A stretch of 64,000 bases of DNA from Antedon mediterranea. Its lineage: Eukaryota; Animalia; Echinodermata. Below, piece after piece: positions 11,881 through 24,660 of the stretch; positions within the stretch are counted from its first letter, which is position 1; each line of letters opens with the position of its first letter. Where the stretch lies: positions 7,559,812 to 7,623,811 of the forward strand of contig NC_092675.1 of NCBI RefSeq assembly GCF_964355755.1, written 5' to 3'. Position numbers and translations under genes: made by a program. The notes under the pieces are model-generated. The model did not search any database. It saw nothing but the letters and a program-made list of their open reading frames with translations, and was not told the DNA's origin.

Positions 11881-13561
11881 GTAAGTGTGACTCATGTTCC
11901 ATCTTTTTGTATAAATCTAGTACACATTTAAATTAATTATATATTGAATCAATTTATATTGTATGCGTCATTTGAAAGGTACAATTGTATTATGCATACA
12001 GCATATATTTTTGATCATATAATCGTTTATTTGTTATGTACGACTTTCTAATGTTCTGGCATAAAATAACATTAAGGATTGAGTTTGACTTAGCACTTAA
12101 AAATAATAATTAAGGACACTTAAATCGTAGTTACAGGTTTTATGTAAATAAAGATACTAAAATCGAGAATACATTAATGTAATAAGGTCACAAATCACAA
12201 ATAATAACTCATAGTAAAATACGTAGTGGGAATCGCATTTGAAATTATATTTGAAGTTAAATGTATGTATATTTAACACACTGGAGGCTACTCAAAATAA
12301 TAATACAGTAATAACATTATGGCACCGTTTTCATTTACGAAATTATGTACAGTAAATTAAGCAGTTCACTAAAATTTCTTAAAACTATAGGTGTAAAACG
12401 TTAATGTTTTTATTTTGTTTATTTTATTATTATTGAGCTTTCGTACGACCTAACCTTGGTGAGTGAGAAAGCACACACTCAAAACCCCACCCCGCTCCAC
12501 CCCACCCCATGTCCGCACAATGAATTTCTGATTACTGTCACTTCGTAACGAATCGAAAGCTCTCTATTTTCATAATATACAATTCGTAAACAGGTAATTC
12601 ATAACACGCAATTAGGTTTATAATTATATATTTATCAGTAATTCAACTTATGTTTCTAAGTATCTGCAATATATTAAATATGAGACAAAATAATCCTTTA
12701 CCGATGTTGCAAATAAAATAAAATTATACAGTGCATGTATAGAATAATAGTTCATGATAAATAACATATGACCTGTTGAATGATAATTTATTCGTTCTGT
12801 AGCAAATTTTCATTTTTTCATATTTTCCTTTTTTCATATATTTATACAGAACTCCTAAAATTAAAAGTATGGAGTGAAATACAATATTTGTATGAATGAT
12901 TGATTTCAAATTAATGTTTTGTTTTAGATTCAAGTCTGTCTTCCCGTAGTTTTTCTCTTAATGCGATTTTTTCTTGATCGATATCACGTAAGTAACTAGT
13001 CAATTCTAGTAACTGGTCAATTGTAGTATAGCCTAGGTTGAATTCATTCAAATGATATTCCATATTAAGAGTAAATTGGTTGATGCTATAAAATAAAGAG
13101 AGTCTTATACCTTTTGCTAGAGATTGTAAAATACTGGTCCCTGTATGTGTATAGTCACAAATTGAGTACGGCGTCTTATAAAAAATATTCACCAACATTA
13201 TGTTTAGCTTTCATACTTAGGGTCATGGTGTAGTTTACACAGGGAGAGTAAGGGTGGAAATCCCACCCATTCTTCCACATTCCCCTTTGCGCCTAACATA
13301 AATAAACAATGTGTTGTATTAGGCCTAGCTCTCTAATTTACGTTTCTTTAAAAAAAAATCGATTATAAATGGTAGGTTAAAAAAGGTTAAACATTTTATA
13401 ATATAGGGTGAAGCACCCCCATCCTACTATAATCCGCCCTCTATAGACATTTAACTTGCAATCATTTATCATCATCACTTTATATCAGGAGTTCAAAGTA
13501 GGCGAGACAGGTCACAAGTACCTTTTTATTTATACTATGATTATCATCAGGAATGAGGGTA

Positions 13562-13666
13562 CGTTTATTGTAAATACATAATAGAAAAACAACACTTAAG
13601 AAAGAACGACTCAATTATGGAGTCGAAACGTCGTTCTTTTTTAAGCGTTATTTTTCTATTATGTAT
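13562..13666. mobile_element. Inverted-repeat hairpin resembling a Penelope-like element terminus
   Basis: About 37-bp inverted arms around CGACTC-loop-GAGTCGAAACGTCG (hammerhead-like stem II plus GAAAC); AATAAA on the reverse strand. Confidence 0.45.
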
Positions 13667-14165
13667 TATCATCAGGGTTTTATAAAATCAATACTTTTAA
13701 TAGAAACACCGACAGGTACAAAGTTCAGATGAAGCACAACATGTGAAACAAAAAGAAGACTTCCCCGCAGTGCCATCTTCCAGTATAGAATGTGAGTACA
13801 GACACAATGCTACCGGAAACTATAATGTGACAATACAATAGAATTTACCTTTCGATAATAAAGTATAATACATAGACCATGAAAAGAGTGTAGACAGATC
13901 CAAATTACGGTCAACCAACTCTAAACACAAAAGACGAAATAACAAGGCAAGTGTGAACGTGATGAAGTGTTGATATTGATATTAATAGCACTACAATGAT
14001 AGAAATTGACTGTGAAAAATTTGTCAGTCCTATTTCTGGTATAGTTAAGATCCATGCTTGAGGCTATGTTAGGCACCGGTTTATTTCACAGTTACCTTTT
14101 ACAATCTAAAATTAGAGTTTATGAATATACGATTAATTGTAGTGTATACATTTGAATGCCTCCTT

Positions 14166-14229
14166 GGCGACACCCCTACTCGGCGACACCCCTACTCGGC
14201 GACACCCCTACTCGGCGACACCCCTACTC
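14166..14229. repeat. Perfect 16-bp tandem repeat (GGCGACACCCCTACTC)x4, within a Tc1/pogo-like MITE remnant
   Basis: Four exact units, followed by CTCTATTAAGGGG subterminal-type motifs. Confidence 0.9.
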
Positions 14230-15139
14230 ATGGACATCTCTATTAAGGGGTCACTTTCCCATGAAACAAGTTAGTGACAATGTTTTACCACCGGCAAACC
14301 CCTATCAGACGACACTTCTATTAAGGGGACATTAATCTGTTGGGTCTGTAGTTCAATCTACACATAATATTTCTTTTCCAAGATAGTTTAGACTGATATG
14401 AAACATCTTGACGAATGTGGGAGAGATGACCTCTAATTAGCAGCGAGTGCATTGAACACGAAATTTAGACTTTATATTTTCATTTCACCTGTCCATCAAT
14501 ATCCTTCAATTCAAAGCTGTAATTTTATGATTTTAATTTGACGTCATACCGTACAACATGGAAATACCAAATCGTTATACAAAAAAAAACCTTCCGAATA
14601 ACAATTATTTACTTAGCACCGCAATCAGCGATGTTTAATAATGCAATCAACTTTTATTCCCACGAAATGGTAACAATCGCGACATAAAAGCACTATCCAC
14701 TCTAACGCTCTCTCGCACATGACCGGTCACCTGATTTTACCCATAAAAATAATGGTAAAATTTGTATGATGACATTTTTAAAAACCTCAAGGGCGAACCT
14801 CTTCATTCCATTATTATATGTTTTTATTATGATTATATATTATTCAAGAAATTGATGTGAATTATTCAATTATAAATATAATCTTTTTAATTCATGTGTT
14901 GTCATGAACGTTATTCCTTTTTTCTTCTTCAGCTGAAATGACAAATATGTAGGCTAGATGGTTGCAGTTGAATCATCACCTAGCAGACTATTTTTGTGCT
15001 TTTGCAACGCAGTAACATTATAACAACATTGGCAGAAACAGAAACCTTCAGACAGCCGATCATCCCTGATTTTTATCTCCCAGTGTGTGATTTTATAGAC
15101 CGTATCAAAACTTCCAAAATGTTTGTACTGTGGCCTACA

Positions 15140-15440
15140 AGTGTCACAGCAAAACCTTCAAACATCGTGGCAAAATTTCAAGTGCCACGGCAACATTTTA
15201 ACAAATTTCTTCGCAAAAAGCCACGGCAAAGTTTCAAATGTGTTGCCACTTACAGGTCACCGTATGTATGTTCTCAATATAACATTATTATCTGATGCAA
15301 AAGTAGTCACGGCAAAACTTTCAAAATGCCACTGCAAAATGGTTTAAAATTTCGCCGCAAAACTTTTGAAATGCCACGGCAATATGAATTCAAAGTTGTT
15401 ATCGTGTCGGCACTTAAAGGCCACCGTATGTTTGTTCTCA
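15140..15440. repeat. Degenerate ~21-bp minisatellite (GCCACGGCAAAAnTTTCAAAT)
   Basis: Recurrent GCCACGGCAA and TTTCAAA motifs, plus a duplicated CACCGTATGT..GTTCTCAATA block. Confidence 0.7.
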
Positions 15441-16596
15441 ATACAACGTTATGAAGGTTTGCTGCATTGACACAGGCCACCATAGTAATATTTTTTTTAC
15501 TGCAGTACAACATTACTACTGAAGCAAACATAAGCCAACCTTTTGTTGATTTTTGTTTTCATTATTTTTTGCTGTCGTCATGCTGCAAGTTTCTGCTTTT
15601 TAATTCAGTTGCAAGAAAGATTACGATGTGCATGATTTAAATAGATTACGGTAATTTTCGGTGGTGTAAAGTTTCGTTTTGACGCGGATATACAAATAAT
15701 ATTTTCGCTGATTTTTCTTGTACATCATAATGCAAAGAATGTTTACAAATATTTTTATCCAAAATAATAAAATACAAAACGAAACTTTTAAAAGAATAGA
15801 GAGGTATTTATTTATTACAACTATATATTTATTACATACATTTTTTTAGATTTCATGTTGGATTTGTTCTTTAGTTCTAGGCTTAGGAGTATGTAAAGCC
15901 TATTATTTTTTAACAGTACTTTACTGGAATGGAGCATATTGGATTTTCAGGCCCTTGTATATAACTTTTTTAACTATGGTTTGCAGCAATCCCCTCCGGT
16001 CATAATAATAATAATATTAATAATAATACAAGTGCTCAAATACAAGTGTGAGCAATTATAACAAATATAACTGATTTCTAACATCAGTGCAGAAATTGTT
16101 TATTATTTTCTTTCTCCACTTTTGGCCTAGGCTATATTTAATTTTTTTTTAAATAGGGTTTTTTTTCTTCAAATAAATGCTTCAGTCTCGTTGAAAAACA
16201 AATTTTAATTATTTTTATACTTCTAATTTATTCATGCATGAAAATGAATAATATAAATATTTTAAATAAAATGTTTAAAAAAATGTATTCTATTTTCTAT
16301 GTTTTGTCTCGTGTATCGACCTAAATTTAGTTTTTCTTTAATAGAATATAATAATATAGGCCTAATAATGATATAAACAGATACAATGAAGCCTGCATAA
16401 ACACAAAACACGATCGATCGTAAAGATTGAAATATGTCATCATTGGCCTATTCTTCACAAATATCTGTTTACCCTGCACTACTATAATAAATAAGTTAAA
16501 TTGCACTATTCGAAAATAATTATTTAGCTTGGAAATTTCTCATACGTTCGTTGATTCTAAAGCGTTTTCAACGATGCAGAAACAATCGTACCCGTG

Positions 16597-16819
16597 TCAT
16601 ACTTGCGTTGGCATACTGGGTGAGTGCATACCTGGAGCATATATAGACCTACGGGGAGCATACACAGGCCTACGGGGAGCATAAATAGGTCTACGTGGTG
16701 CATGCTTACTGGTTGTAGGCCTACTCGACGCCCTCTTTTCATCACTGGGAAGCATCTCAAAGACTACGTGACTTCTTTCAACTGTGCCAAGCTCTACTGT
16801 TCTATTTCGGATAGATTTT
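16597..16819 (-). CDS. EGF-like TM ligand paralog 1, exon 5 (cytoplasmic tail with 3x APRRP(I/V)Y repeats, ends PTQV*)
   Basis: ttttacAG acceptor, phase 2. Open to TGA at 16597-16599. The KSI start and TQV* end are shared with paralog 2. Confidence 0.85.
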
Positions 16820-17105
16820 CTGTAAAATTAAAATAAAGAATAACGTTGTTATTAGTCACAGAGAAACACAGTTTTCGGGGTTTAGTAATAACATAGACCT
16901 ATATCATAGGCTATAATTCTCTGGTTTCCCATGAATATTATTATGCCATTTTTGGTCCCATTTTATAAAAAAAAAATCACATTTTAGGTGCATTCACTTC
17001 AAAGATCAAATTTATACAATATACATAAATATTAAAAATAGGTCTACAACAATATAAATATAATTTGATAATTGGCCCATGCGTTTAATATTAAACAAGA
17101 CTTAC

Positions 17106-17208
17106 CTATATTTTAAATGGGCATAAACACCAAGAACAGTTATCAGGAGAGATGCAACGAAAATAATTCCAATAAAAACCATTGTTTTGTTAACATTCTG
17201 CAACGAAT
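17106..17208 (-). CDS. EGF-like TM ligand paralog 1, exon 4 (transmembrane helix)
   Basis: ccacAG / GTAAGT; DSLQNVNKTMVFIGIIFVASLLITVLGVYAHLKYR. Same 103-nt length as the paralog 2 exon. Confidence 0.88.
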
Positions 17209-17463
17209 CTGTGGAAAGACAGTGTTGTGAGAGGGATTATACCTATAGCGTCATATTTGACGTGATACTCTGATGTCATTTTACGGCATTTGTCTAATAA
17301 ACTGAACAAATTGTTGAGACCGAATATTTTAGTTGGGTATACAAAATACCAAAAGAAATGTATTAGCTACGAATGGGCAAGCCAATTCAATCAATGGGGT
17401 AGGGGTGGGGACTTTTAAAACAATTATAGTTTTACTCATCAACAGCTATACATTTGTACTCAC

Positions 17464-17543
17464 CTAATGATTTAAAATGATTAAAATTATAGCCTGAAGC
17501 ATCATACAACTCGCACTGTTTACCCGTATAATTGCTTAAACAC
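17464..17543 (-). CDS. EGF-like TM ligand paralog 1, exon 3 (EGF Cys5-Cys6 and stalk)
   Basis: tttttaAG / GTGAGT; CLSNYTGKQCELYDASGYNFNHFKSL. Confidence 0.88.
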
Positions 17544-17654
17544 CTTAAAAAAAAATGTTTAAAGTATTAACAACAACACATCGGTTAATCTGTCGGTCAA
17601 GAAACGTGTATATTAAACCTATTACCAAGAATATTAGAAAGTATTTATAGGAAG

Positions 17655-17789
17655 CTGCACTCTACACTATCAAAATAGTTTGACAAAAAAGTGTTATGTG
17701 CCCAAATCCTGTAGTGATATGACGTCATCGTCTATATGGTCACATCACATTTTTTTGTCACATAACGTTTGATAATGTAGACATAGCTT
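17655..17789. mobile_element. MITE family B copy (intronic)
   Basis: TCTACACTATCAAA...TTTGATAATGTAGACATAGCT inverted termini. Confidence 0.7.
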
Positions 17790-17876
17790 AACACTAATCA
17801 ATTAATAACACATTAATATTTATACCGATACTACAATATACCTTATGAAGGTGGATCAGTAAAATATCATACTTAC

Positions 17877-18096
17877 ACGCAGTGTGCTAATCCATTAGTT
17901 TCGTAACATGAACCGTGAATGCATGTTATTAGGTTGTCCACACTGCAAAGACGACGGGCTGTCGTCGTCGTCGAGTTTAATACGCTTTCCGTCAGCTCCG
18001 TTACCGTTCCAATTTCTGTAAAGACATCGGTTCCAGTTGTCACCGTGTCCAATAATGTCGTTGTCGCATTCACCAGTGCTGTCGATACGGTTGCGG
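17877..18096 (-). CDS. EGF-like TM ligand paralog 1, exon 2 (Thr-rich mucin-like region plus EGF Cys1-4)
   Basis: ttacAG / GTAAGT; ...NSTTTTARRLCSVDNLITCIHGSCYETNGLAHCV, phase 1-2. Confidence 0.9.
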
Positions 18097-18586
18097 CTGT
18101 AATGAAACGGAAAATCATTTAATCTAAAGTCGGGTTCCCACACAGTCACGTATGACGGATCGACCCGAAATACCAATCAAAAGCTGGTTCCAACTAGTAC
18201 ACGTAACTTTCACAACCTCAAGAATGCACAGACTACTGAACAGAAATTTGAAAATGTCGAGTGACAAATCATCCTAACTACGTTTGTGATTGGTCCAAAC
18301 TTGCAACATGCGTTGCGCGTACGTACAGCACTTTTTCTTAATTCTAGTAACTAGTTTGGTATGCCCGTCATACCTATGAGTATTATCGCTATGTGCTACA
18401 TTATCAATTAATTAGTGCAGGTCGGCGAGGTCTATAAAATATATTTTAATTAGGCCTATATGATAATCTTTTTAAAACCTAATTATTGATAATTATGTTG
18501 GAATCATAAGTTCATAAATTACATAAAAAAAAGAATAATGAATTATTAAGAAGCCTAATTTTGATAATAATTAATGCATAACTTAC

Positions 18587-18599
18587 TTATATTATTCAT
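18587..18599 (-). CDS. EGF-like TM ligand paralog 1, coding part of exon 1 (MNNI-T); spliced product 212 aa
   Basis: ATGAATAATATAA|GTAAGT. The same 13-nt structure is conserved in paralog 2; TATATAA lies upstream on the - strand near 18710. Confidence 0.72.
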
Positions 18600-19499
18600 A
18601 ATTCTTATGTTAAAATAAAACTCTGTAGTTCACTCAAATACAAATGGTTGCTGGTTACACATTAACTGCTTACTTCAAGTAATGCATGTTGACTGAAATC
18701 ACCAATTATATATGTTAGGTTCCACGCATGTGCAAACGAACCTGACGTGTTTTCTAATTATAATAAAAAGTGTAGGCCCATATTTATATTTGGCATATTC
18801 GGTGTGGTATCAAGTGCAAATTAACTTGTGAAGTCCGGTTAAAAAACACAAAAGCAAATTTCAGAATCACAATAGGTGTAAAACAATAAATAAACATCTA
18901 TTGTTTCCAATTTCAAAAAGAAAAAGTTGCTTGGGTGACACTGAAAGTGGGGAAGCCCACATGATTACGTCAATGTTAATTATGCATGACATCCACAATA
19001 GAGTAATTGTATATGTATGTTGGTAATAATAAGGGACTCTATATAACATGGGAGGGAAGGGAATAGTGTAATATGTTTTATACATTAGTCAGTGAATAAA
19101 ACAATAACCCTCCTAAAATATAACACGATATAAAAATAAACATCTTTTATTTATTTATTTATTTATTTATTTTATATATTTAGGCAAATTGTTTTCATTG
19201 TATTCGCTCGCGTTGCGCTGAAAGAGGGAAATCCCACGAACGTCAATTTAAAATTTCACTAGAACATTGTACCTATAACAATTGAATATTAATAGTCATA
19301 AGATACTTCCCTGGTAATTAATAGGACGAAATGTATAATAGGAAAATATGTATTATAAATAAATCGGCATTAATAAAAAGACATTCATAAAATAAGTACT
19401 ATTTCTATTAGTATATTTCTAAAATTAAATAAGGGAATTTTACGACAAATTGGCCAATTACAGTTTATTTTATTTATTTATTTTAATTTTATTTTATGT

Positions 19500-19770
19500 C
19501 TTTAGGTAATGTGGCCAAGAATTACCAATAGTAAATTAGTCACTGTCCTATCAGATTAGGTGGTAATCCCCCTGATACATTTTGTGAACCAGTTCACCGG
19601 GGTAACCCCCTCTTCTCGAATAATAAACTGGATTCTTTAAAGTGCACACAGGTTATACTACACTGGACCTACAGTTTATAGTCCTTATCCGAGAAGACTT
19701 GTTCCACCAACAGAACTAGGAGCGAGTCGGCATCGAACCCTTGCCGATGTTGTTGGCCTTAACCGCTCGT
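19500..19770 (-). mobile_element. tRNA-derived DeuSINE-like copy
   Basis: Reverse strand GGTTCGATGCC...TCTTCTCGGATAAGGACTATAAAC...TTCGAGAAGAGGGGGTTACCCCGGTG. Confidence 0.72.
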
Positions 19771-19799
19771 TAATTTTTCATAAAAATTCTTCGACACAG

Positions 19800-20770
19800 G
19801 CCTACATTAACTGGTTATGAATATGATAAGGACGATAACGCAATATGTACGCATTTTATTAAAATATTGTTATATTAATAATAATAATTTTATTTTAAAA
19901 AGTCGATATTGGCATTAAAAAAAGTCCCTGTACTTACAGTAATAGTTTTGACGTTTTTTAATTTTTTTATATAACTGGTTGCTATGAGTATAAAATAATA
20001 ATAATAACAATAAAACGTATATTAATTAATAATATTATCGCATAATTATATTTTGAATATGTTTTGCTCTGTACTATAATAAAGGTAATTTTGTTCAAAA
20101 AATGTCAATTTTATGTTATTATTATTTTTACATAAATTTGTATGATGATGACGCAATAATATGCACATATTGTAATATTACCGCATAACTGAATTTTAAA
20201 ACGTCGATATTTTGGTCATTTTTTTTAGAAACAAAGTTTCTGTACTATAGTACAGGGATTTTGATCACAAATGCACCAAATTGATATTTTTCGACCTAAC
20301 TATGATGATGTCTCTGTATAGTACATGGATTTTTTTCTCCACAAAAACACCAAATTTCGATGTTTTTATTTTTTGACTGGTTAGGTTAGGCCCACAACAA
20401 TATTAGGCCTATGGCATAACAGATAGTTTGGCCTTTTTCAAAACAAAAGCCCTGTAGGTACTTACCAATATAGTAAATGGATTTTTTCTCACAAAATAGG
20501 CAAATTTCGGTCCTTTTATATCTTTTGACATAACTGGTTATCTATAATGACTCAAGCTGATAACACAATATAGCAGTATTATCACATAGGCAATAATTGA
20601 AATTTGGCCCCCTTTTGAAAAAAAAACACATCCCCATTCTATAGTACAGGAACACTTATGTATTGATATAACTGTTTACTATATGACAATATTTTCAAGA
20701 AAAAAATCCCTGCCCTCAGAACAGGAATGTTTTTCTAAAAAAATCGGTCAATTGTCTAACTTTTCTTTGA
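19800..20770. repeat. Decayed tandem array (recurrent CCCTGTACTATAGTACAGG and ATAACTGGTTA motifs)
   Basis: Motifs recur about 6 times at 100-200 bp spacing. Confidence 0.55.
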
Positions 20771-21187
20771 CAACCTTAATTCAACTGAAGAAAGAACAAC
20801 ATATTATTTAGTGGAATTTTTTACATCACACTTTTATTCTAATAAAACTCAAAAATATATATAAATATATTAAATTTATCATTTGGTAAGTTATTCAATC
20901 AACGTTATATATGCCTTTACAAAACGATTATCGGTACAATTTAATACAATTTCACAATGGACTATTGTGGCATATTTAATTCTAATATATTTCCTGATTG
21001 AAATAAATGTCAAAATATAATACAAATATAATAAATAATAATAATAATATAAAGAAAATTAAATTAAAATTCATCATAATTGAAATTAATAAAACAATTA
21101 TTCGTCTACAAATTCTTTCACATTTTCAATATGAATATAATTTAGTGAAACAGAAAAGATTAAAATCTTATTCCAGGTCATATAATA

Positions 21188-21305
21188 AGCTCTATCTACA
21201 CTATCAAACTAATTTCACAAAAAAAGTGTGATGTGCCCAAATATCGTGTCCATGGACACAGCACATTTTTTTTGTCACACAAAGTTTGATAGTGTAGACA
21301 GAGCT
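21188..21305. mobile_element. MITE family B full copy
   Basis: TIR AGCTCTATCTACACTATCAAACT...AGTTTGATAGTGTAGACAGAGCT. Confidence 0.8.
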
Positions 21306-22281
21306 TTATAAAGAAATGTATTTTTAATGTTGAAACACACAATACAAAATCAATAAATTCCATGAATTTGTCCACATATCTAAATAGATCAAATAGAAAT
21401 CCAGGAAGTGTATAAGCCTAAAAATACTAATAAAATAAAACGTTTATGAAAGGAACCATTTGTTGTTGAATACTATCTTCTACTTTCGCTTTTCTAAGTT
21501 CAATGAATGCTGATTTTTTTAAATTTTATTGTGCTTTATAATGATGAACAAACACCCTGCTATAATAAAGGGAAATAATGTGATTTATAATATAAAAAAC
21601 TGATATCGCTATCCATTTGTTGTGCTCGAATCTCGAACCTGGTTTACGAACGTCGAGCGTACCTACTCTCGCTACCAGTTTTTACACATTTAGGCCTATA
21701 CCTTTTAAATATTATTTTTCTTATAATCTACCATCAATGGACAACCCACTGAATCTTTGAACTTGATCGTATGAATTTATTAATTCAGTCTAAATTAGTC
21801 AATCAACAACCGGTAATTAACTTAGGAAATGTCAAACACTACTTTTGGAGTATCATCATTGCCTTCTTAGTTATTGTTTTAAACAATTCAACAAACAACA
21901 ATATCATAGTATAATACTTAAACATGTATATTATATACGTACAAATTTATAAATTAAATATACTTAGGAAATAATAAATATTTCAGTTTAATATTTAGAA
22001 AGAAGTATAATAGATCTGAACTCAAATCAAGGTGTTTTTGTTGACGCTATAAAACGCATTGTTCTAACGATTAACACGCAATGCGTCATCAAGCAGCATT
22101 CCTTCTTCTTCAAAGTACACTTCAAGTCTTCCACTACTTTAATAAATATTGCACTGTCTTCACGTCTACATTAAATCCCCCTTTTCTCCGTATACAAATA
22201 GTGGATTGTACTTTCAAAATGCGTTTTTGACGATGGTTGTACGCTCTGCTTCAGTACCAACTATTTGTCGCCATTAGCACG

Positions 22282-22432
22282 TCATACTTGCGTCGCTGAC
22301 CCTGCACCGACCTTCGACGTTTTCGTATGGGAAAGCATATGCACGGCTTCGGTCCGCCTACCGTTTGTTACTGCGTCATCTTCATAAGATGCTTCATAAT
22401 CTTCCTTTATCTGACTTTGTTCAATAGATTTT
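22282..22432 (-). CDS. EGF-like TM ligand paralog 2, exon 5 (cytoplasmic tail, ends ATQV*)
   Basis: ttgtacAG acceptor; KSIEQSQIKEDYEASYEDD...GAGSATQV*. Confidence 0.87.
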
Positions 22433-23270
22433 CTGTACAAAGCAACAAAAATAGAAAAACAATAAAGATTTCGCACAATAATCTTTTTTTTTTACAAAAG
22501 CCATATTTTCGTACACCCATAATTATAATATAATTTATTAATAATTATACTCTACATTTAGTAAAATTAGTCTAATGGTATATATTTAGAAATTACATAA
22601 CCATGGAGAAATAATAATATTTCTCCATGGTTTAACGGAAATGGGGAAATAAACTGCTTAGCGATAGGCTGAAATCAATAATAAAATACATAGGCCTATG
22701 TATTTTAGCTGACACAACGTACCAACTTAATCCGTGTATTCTGGAGATTGAATATAATTACTGATTGTATAATTTAATAAAGGTAGTTGTTTGATGGTAA
22801 TTTAATAAACATATTTGTATACAGATAAAGTAAAACAGTGTTAAAAAAGACAATTGTTGTTAGACTGCCTTATTGCTTAGACCTACTCACAATCTCAGAT
22901 TGCAATACGTTGATAGGTGCATTAGCTTCTTTAAGCAACTATTTTGTCAAAATGTTATTGCAAAACCCACCTTTATTTCTATATTATAATAATAAACTAT
23001 TAACTACTATTTTCTACTTTGTTGTTTCAAAAATAATGTACAAAATGCATAAACCACAAAATAAAATAGCGATGCAATCGGGTACATGATAACCATGCCT
23101 TTAGTGCAATATTAAATAAGTATTAAATAAAACAATATTAAAATCGTATAATGTTACAGTGTACAACATATACATATACATGACAGACGTACCATGTAAC
23201 AGTATATCACTGTTATATAGTTCATATATTGTATGATACCGTATACTGTTATAACACAACAGGTACTGAC

Positions 23271-23373
23271 CTATGTTTCAAGTAGATATACACGCCAAGA
23301 ACAATTAATAGGAGAGTTATAACGAAAATAACTCCGATAGCAATCATTGCTTCGGTAAAATCCAAGAAGGAAT
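23271..23373 (-). CDS. EGF-like TM ligand paralog 2, exon 4 (transmembrane helix)
   Basis: atacAG / GTCAGT; DSFLDFTEAMIAIGVIFVITLLLIVLGVYIYLKHR. Confidence 0.88.
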
Positions 23374-23448
23374 CTGTATTGAAAAGGAGAGTATAGAAGT
23401 GATATAGAATATAGTCGGGCTAGTTGCATGGATTAACATACACCGGCA

Positions 23449-23630
23449 CCGTAAAACCTCAAAAGATGGGCTTATTTTCAAACAACTACAACTGAATGGG
23501 GCTAATGTTCATGTAAACATAACCGGACTACAAACAAATCCGCTTTATGATACATAACTTTTTTTTCGAGATCAACAATTAGGCCTATCAACTATATTCA
23601 ATTAAAGAGTCATTTTTGAGGTTTTACAGT
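23449..23630. mobile_element. Tc1/mariner-like MITE
   Basis: Inverted termini CCGTAAAACCTCAAAAGATG...CATTTTTGAGGTTTTACAG. Confidence 0.6.
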
Positions 23631-24388
23631 TTAATACAAAATAAATAATATATAAAAAAATAACATAAATAGTGTTTATTATGAATGAATGCATTTGGTT
23701 GCAATTTTATATAATAAAAGTATCTTTAGATTTCAGATAGATGAAATTATGAGAGAAGATGTTACAATTAGTTATAATGAAAACAATTCATCACGTGACA
23801 TACTGACGGTAACAGACAACATCTTTTACAAAACGCAGCAATGATATGGTATTAATGGATAATGGTTAGTAAACTAAGATTTGATGGAAGCAGCAGAGAT
23901 CACATTGTGCATGCATGGGTGCAGATTGGATGCTTTCAAGAAGAAAAGATCTACACCCACTAAAACCCCGGCAAAACTGCGTTCGCGATTGGTTTAAGCC
24001 ATGTTTTGTATCAAAGTCCCACGCAGGTGTGTGCACCCTACTTTTCTGCTTGAAATAATCTGCACCCATGGATATACGAGTGTGGACACTTATAGCAAGA
24101 AGAGGACCCAGACGACCTTACTTGGATTAACTTGAAGGGTCACGTGGAGGTTCATCATCTTTGAATTTGGTTTAAAAGAGGGGGTTGTTAACTCGGGTAA
24201 CAAATTGCATTCATGTTTCTTGATGATGATGATCTCTGAAATGGTGAAATACGACAATGCAATGACGACGGGAGGGCAAGCAGTGTGAAGATGTAGTTTG
24301 ACAAAAATTGCGTGCTCTCAACGTATTGCAAACTGGATTTATCGAAATAATGTAAAAATGCGTTAATGGCCAACAAAGGTTTACTCAC

Positions 24389-24465
24389 CATCCGTTGACG
24401 TTGATTCAAAGGTTAACGTTACGTCGAATAGCTCGCACTGTGGACCCTTACGACCTGTTGTACAT
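24389..24465 (-). CDS. EGF-like TM ligand paralog 2, exon 3 (EGF Cys5-Cys6 and stalk)
   Basis: ttttcatAG / GTGAGT; CTTGRKGPQCELFDVTLTFESTSTD. Confidence 0.88.
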
Positions 24466-24660
24466 CTATGAAAAACAAAAGATATTTTATTATAAATAGT
24501 TGGCCTACTAAGTTCAAGTCTGGAGGTTATTTAAATTCTGATAATGCCATTGCTTAACGCAGACAATTATTATTATTAAGCGAGCTCTAGTACCGGTATA
24601 CCATAACAAATCTCTTTAACTTTTTAAGAGAAAAAAGCATAGGTCCCTGATAATACTTAC

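Noticed and set aside
12724-13198. Minus-strand ORFs of 95 and 69 aa as a gene
   Set aside because: No recognisable motifs, promoter or splice sites; possibly decayed transposon sequence.
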